A stretch of DNA of 64,000 bases from positions 2,356,001 to 2,420,000 of the forward strand of contig NW_026262667.1 in NCBI RefSeq assembly GCF_021869535.1, given 5' to 3'. Of the stretch, positions 1 to 12,338 are shown one piece after another (position 1 is the stretch's first letter; each line of letters opens with the position of its first letter). The DNA is from Mytilus californianus. Taxonomy: Eukaryota. The position numbers were made by a program, and so were the translations under genes. The notes below the pieces were generated by a model. That model had not been told where the DNA came from, did not search any database, and was given only the letters and a program-made list of their open reading frames with translations.

Positions 1-318
1 GATATTGGGCCTGCCTTGAAGAGCTTTTTTTAGTTTTCTCACCTGGGCCTTTTATCCAGGAAATCTTATGCCACTCGTTTGCATTTAAAGCTTATGCAGA
101 TCAAATTAAAAGCATGGCCAATAGGATTGGTTTATGTTTTAGATTTAAGTTGCATACGTCAGTACCGATATTGGACTCATTGTATAGACCTTCCGTGAAA
201 TGTCCACTTGAGGCTTTTGGTCCAGGAAATATTTGCTCTCTGATTTTCATATACACCTAGTGCAGATAAAATTTTCGACGCAGGAATTGTTTTACAAAAT
301 AAATTTAGGTTGTATAAA

Positions 319-568
319 TAATAAAATTGAGAATGGAAATTGCGAGTATGTCAAAGAGACAACAACCCGACCAAAGAGCAGACAACAGCCGAAGGCCACC
401 AATGGGCCTTCAACGAGCGAGAAAATCCCGCACCCGGAGGTGGTCCTCGGCTGGCCCCTAAATAAAATTGTGTACTAGTTCAGTCAAAATTGACGTCACA
501 CTAAACTCCAAAACATATAAAACAACTAGAATTAAAAAACATACAAGACTAACAAAGGCCAGAGGCTC
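319..568 (-). mobile_element. 3' end fragment of a Naiad-type Penelope-like element
   Basis: Closely matches 13662-13915 (AATAAAATTGAGAATGGAAAT...AAAGGCCAGAG), which is contiguous with a minus-strand RT thumb ORF. Confidence 0.65.
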
Positions 569-838
569 ATCATAGATACCAGGATTTAAATTATGTACGC
601 CAGACGCGCTTTTTGACTACAAAAGACTCTTCAGTGATGCTTGAATCATCAAGTCTAAAAAGACCAAATAAAGCTGAAGAGCATTGAGAACCAAAAAATT
701 CCGAAATGGTTTATCAATACAGCTAAAGGAGGCTATTCCTGGTGTAGAAAATCCATAGTATTTCGAAAAATGTAAAGTTTTGTAAACAGTCAATTTATAA
801 TGATGACCATATCAATGATAATTCTTGTCAACACAGAG
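569..838 (-). mobile_element. Retrozyme-like repeat fragment with a degenerate type I hammerhead
   Basis: Minus strand 634-596 reads CTGAAGA-GTCT-tttgt-AGTC-AAAAA-GCGCG-tctg-GCGTA. The fragment is homologous to 40025-40180 and overlaps both ends of 63308-63430. Confidence 0.6.
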
Positions 839-2249
839 GGCAGTAATGTCAGATACCAATATTGGAAAATGTGGTTTAGACCTTTCTAAGAGTAGTCATA
901 AACTGGGCATTTGACTAAAAAAAACGTAGGACACAGGTTTGATTTTTTTATTAGTGGGAATAAAAGCATTGACGTATGGAGTTAAATTTAGAGTGGATAA
1001 AGGTTCAGTTATATCAGATCTTTATATTTAACCTATAATGTAGACCTTCCGTTAGTCCTCCCACCTGGATCTTTTGGTCCAAGAGATCTGAGGTCACTGT
1101 CTTAAATTTGCATCATGTGTGGATCAAAATGGTGTCGAAGAAAACTTTTTAATTAAGTGATGGTAAGGGGTAGGTAATCTCAGACCCCGATTTGGATCCT
1201 ATGATGTAAATCTTCTGTTGTTTAACCCATCTGGGCTTTTTGTCGATAAAACCTTATAGTCTACCTTTCATATGCATGTAGTCCGGATACAAGTATTGCC
1301 ATTGGAAATATTTTCGAATTAAATTTAGGCCGTAGGAAGGAGATGAGTATTATCAGACCCCAATATTGGATATGTGGTGAGATCTATCTTAGGTTTCCCC
1401 TTGTGTCTTTTGGTCAAGAGAACATTAGGCCTGTAGTATAGAATTGACAGTTCGGCCGCACTAAAACATAGCACCGGTTTTTAAAACATAAACCCGTAAC
1501 CCTCACCCTAAACCCTTAACAGCCAAGTTGGAAAAAAACAATTGACCTGACAGGAGAATGATAAAATGAAAAATACAATATGGAAATGACATCAACATAT
1601 AAAGTTGAAAGCGAGGAAAGATTGAATATATACAGATGATATGAACGGAAATGTCTCATGAGGCTATGAAATGTGCACTGTGATATCTCAGAAATTACAG
1701 AAGTGGATGGAAAATTTTGAAATAGTAAATTGTTAATTCTTAGAAATAGAAGAAATGGAAATCACTAAAGTCTCAGCTTACAATATACTACACAAAAAAA
1801 TTAAATAAATTGGTGGGAACTTGTGTCAAAAGTAACGGTTTACAAATAGACCTACATTTTGATCTGTAAATAGTATCAGGGTTGGATTAAAAACTTTAAA
1901 TAAACTTTAAAATGATAAAAAAAACTTTTTTGAAGAGAGGGGATAAAAAGATATACAATTACGACATGGTATTAACAAATACAATGGTGTTTGCTGTTGA
2001 AACAAAAAACCGTAGAAAGCTTTTGCTAGGAATCAACTGCTTTAAAAAATTAAAATATAGGGAAAGTTCAGACAATTGAACCAATTCAATCTAAAACTGA
2101 CATAATGCTGGCGGAAAGAAACAGACATTTGTGGAACTTTTTTGTAAGTAGTCAAACCTAGAAAAAACTCAAAGTCTAGATGGATCCAGAGACATTTTAA
2201 AATACCACACGTTTCAAAAGAATGGAAATTATAAATGGGGGTACTACGA

Positions 2250-3912
2250 AAATTGGCAAAAGTATATGTGATTTTAAATTGCATGTTTGAAAAGATGGTT
2301 GGTGATAAGAAGGAAGAAGAAGAAGCTTGTATTCATTGCTGAACAAACATGACAAAGGCGATCAACTTTGAAGAGATGTTGAAAATGATGTAAAATAGAT
2401 TTGGAGAGAAATTTGTAAGTCGGACATCAGACAAAAGTGGTTAGGCACTGACTGAGGAGATTAAAATAAAATTTGATATCGATAGATAAAGATCCATTAT
2501 CGGATGTCAATACTAGGTCTTACCTAAGTGGCTGGCAGACAAGAAAGCCATCATTGATGTGAACCAGGACGAGCAATGTTTTATTTGGGCGATTTTGGTG
2601 TCGATACATTACGAATGGGTAGAACATAAAAGTGCTGACCGGGTAAACTAGTACCATCGATGGGCAGAAGAGTTCACGTTTGAAGTGATTGACTTCCCAG
2701 TGAATCTCAAGTTTGAGAAAACAATCCAATATATCAACTAGCGTGTATGGTTTAGAAAAGAAAAATACCTACTCACTCAGGATGTATGATACTGACAAAA
2801 GAGAACTGAATGTGGACTTGTTGGAGATTGAGAAAGAAGGATTGACACACCGCTATTATCTGATACCTAATCACTTGATCTAAAGTATCAACATATTTTA
2901 TAGATCACCCCCGGTTTTTTGTCAGTCTGATTTCGACTTATGAGTTTAACATTTTAAAATATCTCTTTGGTTTATTTCGCCTCTGTTTTAATCACTCTCA
3001 AAGTGAGCAGACCCTATCCAAGCAAAAAGAGAACAGTAATAACAAGATGATTGTTAAGTTACGATGACGGATCAAGGGGCCTACGATGATTTTGAAAACC
3101 ATTTGAAATCAATGAAGGTTCCATTAATTCGATGTGTACGCAGGATTTGAGTGCTTTACTGATGACATGAAGTCGAAAACATTGTGAGGGATTGTAGTGA
3201 AAACAATGCAATTTTTTTTTAAATCAAGGAACAGAATAAGATTCCAACTGAAGAAATCATGAATCGCTGGTGCCGAATGGATAACTTCAAACCCTACCAG
3301 AAGCACACATCGTGCAGAATTTGCTATAGCATTAAGGGCTATGACGACAGGGTGTAATCTAGAGAACCAATTTGTTATACAACATGTTAAATGCAGAAAG
3401 AAAGGGACGATGTTACCAAGATCTTTGTGATTACTTGAATATGTACCAGAAAGATAATTATTGAATGTTCAAGGAGATGTCGGAGGAGAATGAATAAGCA
3501 TTACAGCAGGCAACGATGTAACGGATCTGTTGAAAAACTAGGAGATGACAAAGTGATACATAACTGTCAATATACCGGGGATGCAGGGCGCAGCTCACTA
3601 TGTGAAACCTAAAGAACAAGATACCCAAATTAATTCCGTTGATCTTCTACAATCAGACCGGGTACGACAATCATTACAAACATGGGAGTGAGTGGAGCAC
3701 AGATTACTTACATACCCCAAAACGAAGAATTATACATTCACAAACATTGTTGCGGTTGGTGAATTTAAAGGGGAGGAGGGGAAGATGTAGACAATGTACC
3801 GGGACTCGCGCTTTATTGACAGCCTGGCATTGATAAAAGCAATTGTTCTTGTACTTGTAGAGAATAACACAGCCGTCGCATTTCCAAACACACAGAAAGT
3901 GTTTGGAGAAAT
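2250..3912 (+). pseudogene. Decayed protein-primed family B DNA polymerase (Polinton/adintovirus type): N-terminal and exonuclease regions with an endonuclease VII-like insert
   Basis: Translation across stops and frameshifts gives KVYVILNCMFEK, SG*...LPKWLADKKAIIDVNQDEQCFIWAIL...FPV...SVYGLE, VDLLEIE, MKVP..VYAGFEC (Exo I), YQKHTSC, HNCQYTG..GAAH, IFYNQTGYDNH (Exo II), ITYIPQNEELYI and RFIDS. Confidence 0.8.
2904..2989 (+). mobile_element. Internally deleted Naiad 3' end inserted in the polB fossil
   Basis: ATCACCCCCGG...TTCGACTTATGAGTTT...TTTCGCCTCT matches 8380-8432 and the reverse complement of 5145-5365. Confidence 0.55.
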
Positions 3913-4215
3913 CAGGAATTCTAATGCAATTTTTATGTAACAATTTTTTCATTGGCTAAAAGTTACCATCAAATCCACAGTTTACATGGCGTAACTAAGG
4001 ATGGAACCCGCCATTTTGAATTGCTTGGATCAATTACTATCAATAACTACAATATTATCGAAAATAAAACAACATCTACCTCAAAATCGCCGTTTTGATA
4101 TGATTTTATCCAAAGTTTAATCGTAGAATTAACGTAATGACCTACAGTTTGTAAGTTTTCATTTGTATGACCATTTTCCGGATTTAGTTTTATTGTAAAT
4201 TCCGGGTAACGGGAA

Positions 4216-5140
4216 ATTTCTCCAAGCACTTTCTGTGTGTTTGGAAATACGACGGTTGGGTTATTTTCTGTAGACTTGCTTTCATAAATGACTGGCTGTT
4301 AATAAAGCGTTATGCCGGTACACTGTCTGCATCTTCCCCTCCTCATCCCCTTTTTGCTCTGCGACACTTTTTGTAAAACGAAATATATTTTTTGTTTGTT
4401 TTTGGGTATGTAAGTAATCTGTGATCTACTAACTCACATGTTTTCAATGAAGCGGTAGCTTTCGTACCCGGCCATGTTGTAGAAGATCACCAGAATGAAT
4501 TCAGGTGCCTTGTATTTTAAGTTTCACTTAAAAAACTTTCACAGTGAACTGTGCCTTTGTAAACCCCGGTATGTTGACAGTTATCTTTCACTTTGTCATC
4601 TCCTAGTTTTTCTCAACATTCTTTGCCTGGTAAAACGCTTGTTTAATCTCTTTCGACATCTCCATGGACATTATTATTATTTTTCTGGTACAGAGCTCAA
4701 AAATCTTCTTTAAATATATTCATAAGGATCTCGGCCACATCATCCCTCTATTTCTACATTGTACATGTTGAATAACAAACTGATATCTAGTCAACACCCT
4801 GTCGTCACAGTAATTTATGCAATAGAAAAAGGACGGTGTGTGCTTTTGGTAGGGTTTGGGGTCTGGTTTGCAGTCATACATTCGTCACCAGTAACTCATA
4901 ATGTCTTCGACCGGGATTTTACTCTTTCATTGACTTTTTTACAGTCTTGAATTTTTTTTTATCTACTAATCCTCACAATGTTTTCGACTTGACGTCTTCA
5001 GTATAGCACTCAAATTCTACGTACACTACGAAATAATTAAATCTTCATTGATCTCATACGGTTTTGAAAATCTTGGCATCGTTACTTTCGTTGTCATCTT
5101 TTTTATTTTTGCTGAGATAGGGTTTGTTTTCTTTGGAAGT
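4216..5140 (-). pseudogene. Second, inverted copy of the pPolB exonuclease/endonuclease VII segment
   Basis: The reverse complement aligns by eye with 3008-3912, at roughly 70-75% identity. It translates to VYVEFEC, VKDNCQHTGVYKGTVH and IFYNMAGYES. Confidence 0.75.
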
Positions 5141-5144
5141 GATT

Positions 5145-5365
5145 AAAAGAGAGGTGAAAAATACCAAAGGGATATATATACAAATAAGTCGAAAATAAAC
5201 TGGCAATGCCATGGCAAAACACAAAATATGAGCAGGACACAATACACAACATAGAAAACTAAAGACTGATAAAAAAGAACCCGACCAAAAACGAGGGGAA
5301 ATCTCGGGTGCTTTGGAAGGGTAAGCATCTCCTGCTCCACATTTAACATCCGTCGTGTTACTCCT
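5145..5365 (-). mobile_element. Naiad 3' end fragment
   Basis: Homologous to 40493-40700 and to the tail of the 6585-8432 element. The antisense ORFs ending VEQEMLTLPKHP come from this repeat. Confidence 0.65.
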
Positions 5366-5762
5366 ATAAAATATTTTCATTGACTATATCAAGTGATTCT
5401 GTAGCACACGTTAGTTGATTCAATTTGGTAATTGACAGTTATCTAACCCTACGACAGCAACAAATTCATCAACCATCAACATTCATAAAGTGTTCTTTAC
5501 ATTTTTTATACAGAGAACTGGGGTTTTTAAGTAAGAATCACCTAGATTGTATGGCAGAGCAAAGTTTTTACCAACTTTACGGATATGCATATAGATATGC
5601 ATATAAATATGAAATTTTCTAACTCACTTTTTCCCTTTAAGATACTCTTGTATGGTATTTGACTGAAGTAGATTTTACGCAACCACATGAGCATACAACT
5701 ACTAGATACCTCACTTCTTCACGGGAATGAAGAGTAGAAAAATGATCAGAAGTATTAGATAA

Positions 5763-6168
5763 ATGAGTGAAATACAGATATTTGATATAGTACTCCCCAC
5801 AAATCAATGTCTTATATGGGATTCGAAAAATGAACGAAAGACTTAAAAATTATAAACGTCAGATAGGTCTTTTTGGTGTATAAATTACTATATGAACCAC
5901 AGGATATATAGTGTTGTATTTTAATCAACATTCTTCCATAGGAACTGGAACACACTGGACATGGTGATTTAAAAACGGATCAAAATATATATATTGTGAT
6001 TATTATGAACTTCAACACCCCGAGAAATCGATTGAGTATTTACAAATATAAATTGACTAAAACATAGATGAACTACAAAAACGCGACACAGTAGTGTGTG
6101 AAAATATTTGTTTGAACGTTTTGAAAATGCTTTCAGATAGTCAACCGTTTGATGAAGTGACGTTTTGA
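5763..6168 (+). pseudogene. Decayed adenain-type (Polinton/adintovirus) cysteine protease
   Basis: The frame starting at 5941 reads GTGTHWTW*FKNGSKYIYCDYYELQHPEKSIEYL...ELQKRDTVVCENICLNVLKML. This keeps the His (THW), Asp (YxD), Gln and Cys positions of the G-T-H-W...YFD..P...Q...CG..C pattern. Confidence 0.7.
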
Positions 6169-6584
6169 TTAAAATTATGAAAAAGAAAGATGGTAAATTA
6201 GTTTATAATTGTTAAAGACGAGCGAGCATTGTTACTCTTTTCCTGAACATCGATGGTAAAACGAATGCAAACCGGATTATGCAGAACCACTCAATTAGTA
6301 ATATCTCCGAGCAAAATAAGGAGATACACCGATGAAGAAAGGCTAATATACAAAGAATTTGCTCGAATTAGTCGTAAACATGAAAACAAAATAATTAAAA
6401 AATTGTTAAAAGCATGTTATCGATGATTTCAGAAATCAAGGAAAACCTCGATGTGATTGTTCAATTGAAACTTACGGATAAACCTAAACAATCACTTACA
6501 ACCGAAGATGACAAGATAGAGGTAAAAAAAACCCATCAAAGTCCTTTTCTACATACCAGGTGCAAACAGAAGTTAGGGAACTAA

Positions 6585-8432
6585 TACCTATCATTTCTTA
6601 TACCTATACCAAACCAATTGCAACTAAAATTTTCAATTACAAACGCGTGTTGCAGGATCTCAATATTGACGACTTCAAGTCTAAACCTCCTGATTGCACC
6701 TGTGCTAGTTCCCCATTCATATATAATCCGGCTGACCATGTTATTACTGGTGACCTAAACATTGTCAATAACACTTCTCTGCGAAATGTGTTATCCAAAG
6801 GCCCGAAATATCGTGAGCCTAAATCCATCAATTGGAAACACAACTTCAAAATACTGTTGGATTCAGTCGAGAATTATGCCAGGCAATGGGTTACACGCGA
6901 GAAAGAAGAAGTAGATACTCTTTCCGAATGGATTAAGGTTGTGAGGTCGTTAAAACAAATCAGAATTAAGACACTGAATGGTCTATTAATACCCATGCTA
7001 CATCAATCTTTAAAGACCCAAATGTTGCTATACACTTGTCCTACCTCCATGACAAATATGTTGTTGTCCCCGCAGATAAAGCCCCAAACAACATCGTTTT
7101 TGTGTTTAAATCACATAACATAAACTGCTTGATAAATGAATTAGGTATTGACAATTCACTTGGAAACTCAACATATACCCCCACGACACTTACTAAAGAG
7201 GAAATCCTGGATAATCATAGGTCTGTTCTATGTTCCTTTGGAATCTTCAACCGAAGGTGAAGAACTGGATCTTCCATCACTGTATTGGATACCTAAACTA
7301 CATAAGTGTCCTTACAAACAACGGTATATTGCTGGGTCTTCCAAGTGCTCCACGAAACCTCTTTCTAAATTATTAACATCAATTTTATCAGCAATCAAAG
7401 CCGGGCTTCAAAGTTATTGTAAAACTACCTATTCAAGAGGTGGCGTGAATCATATGTGGATACTAAAAAATTCCAAAGATCTTTTAGAGTACATACAATC
7501 TAAGACTCTTTCATCTTGCAATAATATTATAACATTTGACTTTTCTACAATTTACACAAGTATTCCCCATTCCAAACTAAAAGACAAATTGAAAGAGTTG
7601 GTCCTGCTTTGTTTCATAAAAAAGAATGGCCAACGTTGATACAAGTATAATGTCTTAGGGAGGGATAAATCCGACTTTGTAAAAAATCACTCTGATTCTA
7701 ACAGAAAGTTCTCTGATAATGACATTATCAGGATGCTTGATTTCTTGATTGACAACATATTTGTTACGTTTGGAGGGCGTGTTTTTCAACAAGCAATCGG
7801 CATTCTCATGGGAACCAACTGTGCCCCTCTTCTTGACACTTGTTCCTTATTCATATGAGGCTGACTTCATACAGGAACTTCTTAGGAAGAAAGAAAAGAA
7901 GTTAGCAGTATCCTTTAACTTTACTTTCCGCTACATAGATGATGTTCTCTCACTAAATAATTCAAAATTTGGTCACTATGTTGAACGCATCTATACCATC
8001 GAACTTGAGATAAAGGATACAACAGATACAGTTAAGTCTGCCTCATATCTTAACTTACATCTAGAAATTAATAATGAGGGTCGGTTGAAAACAAAACTTT
8101 ATGACAAAAGAGATGATTTCAGCTTCCCCAGCTCCCCAATTGTGAACTTTCCATTTTTATGTAGCAACATTCCAGCAGTATCTGCATACGGAGTATATAT
8201 CTCCCAGTTGATACGATACTCCAGGGCTTGTATTTTCTATCATGATTTCCTTGATAGAGGGTTGCTGCTCACAAGGAAGCTATTAAACGTGTTGCTCAGT
8301 CTTCAGTTTTCTATGTTGTGTTTAGTGTACTATTATTTGCCTGTTTGTCTTTTTCTTTTTTAGCCATGACGTTTTCAGTTTATTTTCGACTTATGAGTTT
8401 GAATGCCCCTTTGGTATCTTTCGCCCCTCTTC
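6585..8432 (+). mobile_element. Naiad-clade Penelope-like retroelement, 5'-truncated and frameshifted
   Basis: Shows the CxC linker PPDCTCASSPFIYNPADHVITGDL, then KGPKYREP, VVVPADKAPNN, LYWIPKLHKCPYKQRYIAG, TFDFSTIYT, FRYIDD and LYDKRDDF. An internal deletion at about 8290 joins the RT to the 3' UTR. No GIY-YIG domain is seen in the window. Confidence 0.9.
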
Positions 8433-10395
8433 TACTTGAGAAAAAATCCAGGGTGTTGTTCGGTTTAGTTTTTTTTTTAAATCAGGTCACCCTACCCCAC
8501 CCATACGGAAAAGTTAATAAAAAATTCCCTACGGCAATAATTTTTTCCGCACTAGGTGCAAAGTGAAGCTGAGTAGCTGAGGTTTACTTGAGAAAAAATC
8601 CAGGGTGTGGTTCGGCTTAGTTTTTTTTTAAATCAGGTCCAAAGTTGGGGTCGGACACCCTACCCCACCCATACGGAAAAGTTAATAAAAAATTCCCTAC
8701 GGCAATACTTTTTTCCGCACTAGGTGCAAAGTGAAGCTGAGTAGCTGAGGTTTACTTCAGAAAAAATCCAGGGTGTGGTTCGGCTTAGTTTTTTTTAAAT
8801 CAGGTCCAAAGTTGGGGTCGGACACCCTACCCCACCCATACGGAAAAGTTAATAAAAAATTCCCTACGGCAATACTTTTTTCCGCACTAGGTGCAAAGTG
8901 AAGCTGAGTAGCTGAGGTTTACTTCAGAAAAAATCCAGGGTGTGGTTCGGCTTAGTTTTTTTTTTAAGCAGGTCCAAAGTTGGGGTCGAACACCCTACCC
9001 CACCCATACGGAAAAGTTAATAAAAAATTTCCCTACGGCAATACTTTTTTCCGCACTAGGTGCAAAGTGAAGCTGAGTAGCTGAGGTTTACTTCAGAAAA
9101 AATCCAGGGTGTGGTTCGGTTTAGTTTTTTTTTTTAATCAGGTCCAAAGTTGGGATCGGACACCCTACCCCACCCATACGGAAAAGTTAATAAAAAATTC
9201 CCTACGGCAATACTTTTTTCCGCACTAGGTGCAAAGTGAAGCTGAGTAGCTGAGGTTTACTTCAGAAAAAATCCAGGGTGTGGTTCGGCTTAGTTTTTTT
9301 TTAAATCAGGTCACCCTACCCCACCCATACGGAAAAGTTAATAAAAAATTCCCTACGGCAATACTTTTTTCCGCACTAGGTGCAAAGTGAAGCTGAGTAG
9401 TTGAGGTTTACTTCAGAAAAAATCCAGGATGTGGTTCGGTTTAGTTTTTTTTTTTAATCAGGTCCAAAGTTGGGGTCGGACACCCTACCCCACCCATACG
9501 GAAAAGTTAATAAAAAATTCCCTACGGCAATACTTTTTTCCGCACTAGGTGCAAAGTGAAGCTGAGTAGCTGAGGTTTACTTCAGAAAAAATCCAGGGTG
9601 TGGTTCGGCTTAGTTTTTTTTTTAATCAGGTCCAAAGTTGGGGTCCGACACCCTACCCCACCCATACGGAAAAGTTAATAAAAAATTCCCTACGGCAATA
9701 CTTTTTTCCGCACTAGGTGCAAAGTGAAGCTGAGTAGCTGAGGTTTACTTCAGAAAAAATCCAGGGTGTGGTTCGGTTTAGTTTTTTTTTTAATCAGGTC
9801 CAAAGTTGGGGTCGGACACCCTACCCCACCCATACGGAAAAGTTAATAAAAAATTCCCTACGGCAATACTTTTTTCCGCACTAGGTGCAAAGTAAAGCTG
9901 AGTAGCTGAGGTTTACTTCAGAAAAAATCCAGGGTGTGGTTCGGCTTAGTTTTTTTTTTAATCAGGTCCAAAGTTGGGGTCGGACACCCTACCCCACCCA
10001 TACGGAAAAGTTAATAAAAAATTCCCTACGGCAATACTTTTTTCCGCACTAGGTGCAAAGTGAAGCTGAGTAGCTGAGGTTTACTTCAGAAAAAATCCAG
10101 GGTGTGGTTCGGTTTAGTTTTTTTTTTAATCAGGTCCAAAGTTGGGGTCGGACACCCTACCCCAACCATACGGAAAAGTTAATAAAAAATTCCCTACGGC
10201 AATACTTTTTTCCGCACTAGATGCAAAGTGAAGCTGAGTAGCTGAGGTTTACTTCAGAAAAAATCCAGGGTGTGGTTCGGCTTAGTTTTTTTTTTAATCA
10301 GGTCCAAAGTTGGGATCGGACACCCTACCCCACCCATACGGAAAAGTTAATAAAACATTCCCTACGGCAATACTTTTTTCCGCACTAGGTGCAAA
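8433..10395. repeat. Homogeneous tandem array of 12 units of ~168 bp; units 1 and 6 lack a 17-bp segment
   Basis: The GAAAAAATCCAGG anchor occurs at 8440, 8592, 8760, 8927, 9096, 9265, 9416, 9585, 9753, 9921, 10089 and 10257. Confidence 0.98.
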
Positions 10396-11829
10396 CGGAA
10401 GCTTGTGACCTAGGGCCTGCTTGACCAAAATTCAAAATCGGGGTATAGCACGGATCTATTTTTTAAATAGATAATAATTAATTTCCTTGCCCACCATACT
10501 TTGTGTACAAAAAATAAACCTTTTGTCTAATCAAAAGTAAACTGGTTTAGAAATAGAATGTTTCGTTAAAACATATTTGTCTGATTAAAAAAATATTAAA
10601 GCACGAGCGCAACTTTCTATTCTTGTAATGCAGAACAATTTTAACTTTTCAGGAACTATTTGACAGGATGCCGAGAATATGGAAAGCCATTTGACACAAT
10701 ATCACAAAAATAATTTCTGATGTCTTAGTCGATTCCATGTGACAAGCAATTTTGCAAGCATTTCAATAATTTCATAATCAGGAAATGAAATTTTTAAATT
10801 CATTGAATAGTGTCTTCGACTGCTTAATTATATATTAAAAACTAATAGTATAGTAGTTATATATTAATAAAAACATTTTGAGTACGTTTGAATCTTATGC
10901 AACTTTTGGGTTCATAGACATATCCGAAAACTGGCTGCTAGCGTAGTGGCTGCTAGCGAGTGGCTGCTAGCTTGAGCCTGGTAACAATTCAATTGAGAAA
11001 ACTACCGGCCTGATTTAAAACAAAACAATTTACGAAAAACAAATATAACAGATATGAACCAACGACAACAAGTGAACCACATGCTCCTGACATGGGACAG
11101 GCACATAAAGAATGAGTGCTCAACCCCTCCCCCTAAGCCTGGGACAGTGGTGCAACAGCACGACATAAAAACAACCTGGAAAAACCTTCCTTCACAGAGC
11201 TAGGTTTACACATATATACATATTTAAAGTAATTATGAATATTAAATTTGTTTTCAGCCGTGTATTACCTTCACTGGTGATCCTATGCACGGATATGTCG
11301 TAGAGTTTAACTTTATATATAAATATATATCTTTAAGGCGAGACAAAAATTGAAACTAAAAATTTTTGCTTACCTCAATCAATATGTTATAGTTTAAGAA
11401 TCCACTTCTAATTGGACTAGTAAGAGTTGTCTTAATCCAAAAACAACTATGTTTATATGCAGATTAGTCATCTATTGCTAAATAATCAAGTACACCTTCC
11501 AAATTACAATCTATATATAACGAATTGGTGTACACATTTATTTACATATATCATTTTTAATCACAAAATTCTTTTTTTAATGTTAGTTGACTTTCATTTG
11601 AAAGAAAAGTGTATGTCAACAATTAAAATTGAAAGAAGTACAAGACCTGTATTATTTGTTTTTTAAAATCTACACATCCCTTTGTCGAACGTTTTCTCTG
11701 GGAAAAAAATCGGAGATTGTAAATAAACAAGATTAACTGCAGAAGAAGAGAACGTTTGAAATGATGCTTAATAAAGTATGATGCAATCCCAGTTATCAAC
11801 TTTAACAAAGACAAATTCTGACTAATACT

Positions 11830-12338
11830 TTGAATTCGATATTTCTGAAATTGCTAGAAAAATCTCTGTCTAATAATAAATACCCTCGGAAATTAAATAT
11901 TATAAAACATTAAGAGACGAAAGGAAAAAGGGACACCAATCTGATAACTAAAAAATAAAAGCATGTCAAATATTGAATAATAAAAGGTTCATTTGCAAAG
12001 TATATCGAAATACAAAGTCATGGTCAAAATCATGATAGAAGACTCAAATCAATTGTATGATAGGTAAAGATACGTGTATATACGTGGTCTTATGACAGTG
12101 AAGTTTTGGCGGGAATCTCAATAATCACGTGATATATAAAAATCATGATTTCTTTCGTTTTTCATCATCTTAGAAATACTTGATATTGATAAAATTATCA
12201 TGAATGGGTTTAATAGTTTAGGAATATTTTTTTAAAACTTAAGTGACGCATTTAATAAAATTAATAGGTTAGCAATAACCGGTCTCGTTACGTGCGTACG
12301 TCGAGTTAGGTACGTATGTCATTTATTGGAAATCTCTA
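11830..12338. mobile_element. End of a probable DNA transposon or MITE family (terminus ...ATGTCATTT(T)ATTGGAAATCTCTA)
   Basis: About 500 bp of inverted homology to 27542-28000. The same 23-bp terminus occurs at 35825-35847. Confidence 0.55.

Larger units (their letters stand above)
1..1420. repeat. Degenerate ~167-170 bp tandem array, at least 6 units, interrupted by a ~520-bp insertion at 319-838
   Basis: The anchor TCAGA-CCCCAATATTGGA and the downstream TAGACCTT...CTTTTGGTC motifs recur at about 159, 848, 1015, 1180 and 1354, with GATATTGG also at position 1. Spacing is 164-174 bp once the insertion is removed. Confidence 0.55.

Noticed and set aside
1490-1520. Telomere-like TAACCC/TCACCC/TAAACCC repeats
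   Set aside because: Only about four degenerate units, too short to call an interstitial telomere.
5054-5380. Short ORFs 5054-5380, 5143-5349, 40424-40750 and similar as host genes
   Set aside because: They are translations of Naiad 3' ends.
8433-10395. CRISPR-like array
   Set aside because: The units are full-length tandem copies with no unique spacers, there are no cas genes and the context is eukaryotic.
10932-10972. Triple TGGCTGCTAGC repeat as a regulatory site
   Set aside because: Consistent with local slippage, and there is no adjacent gene evidence.
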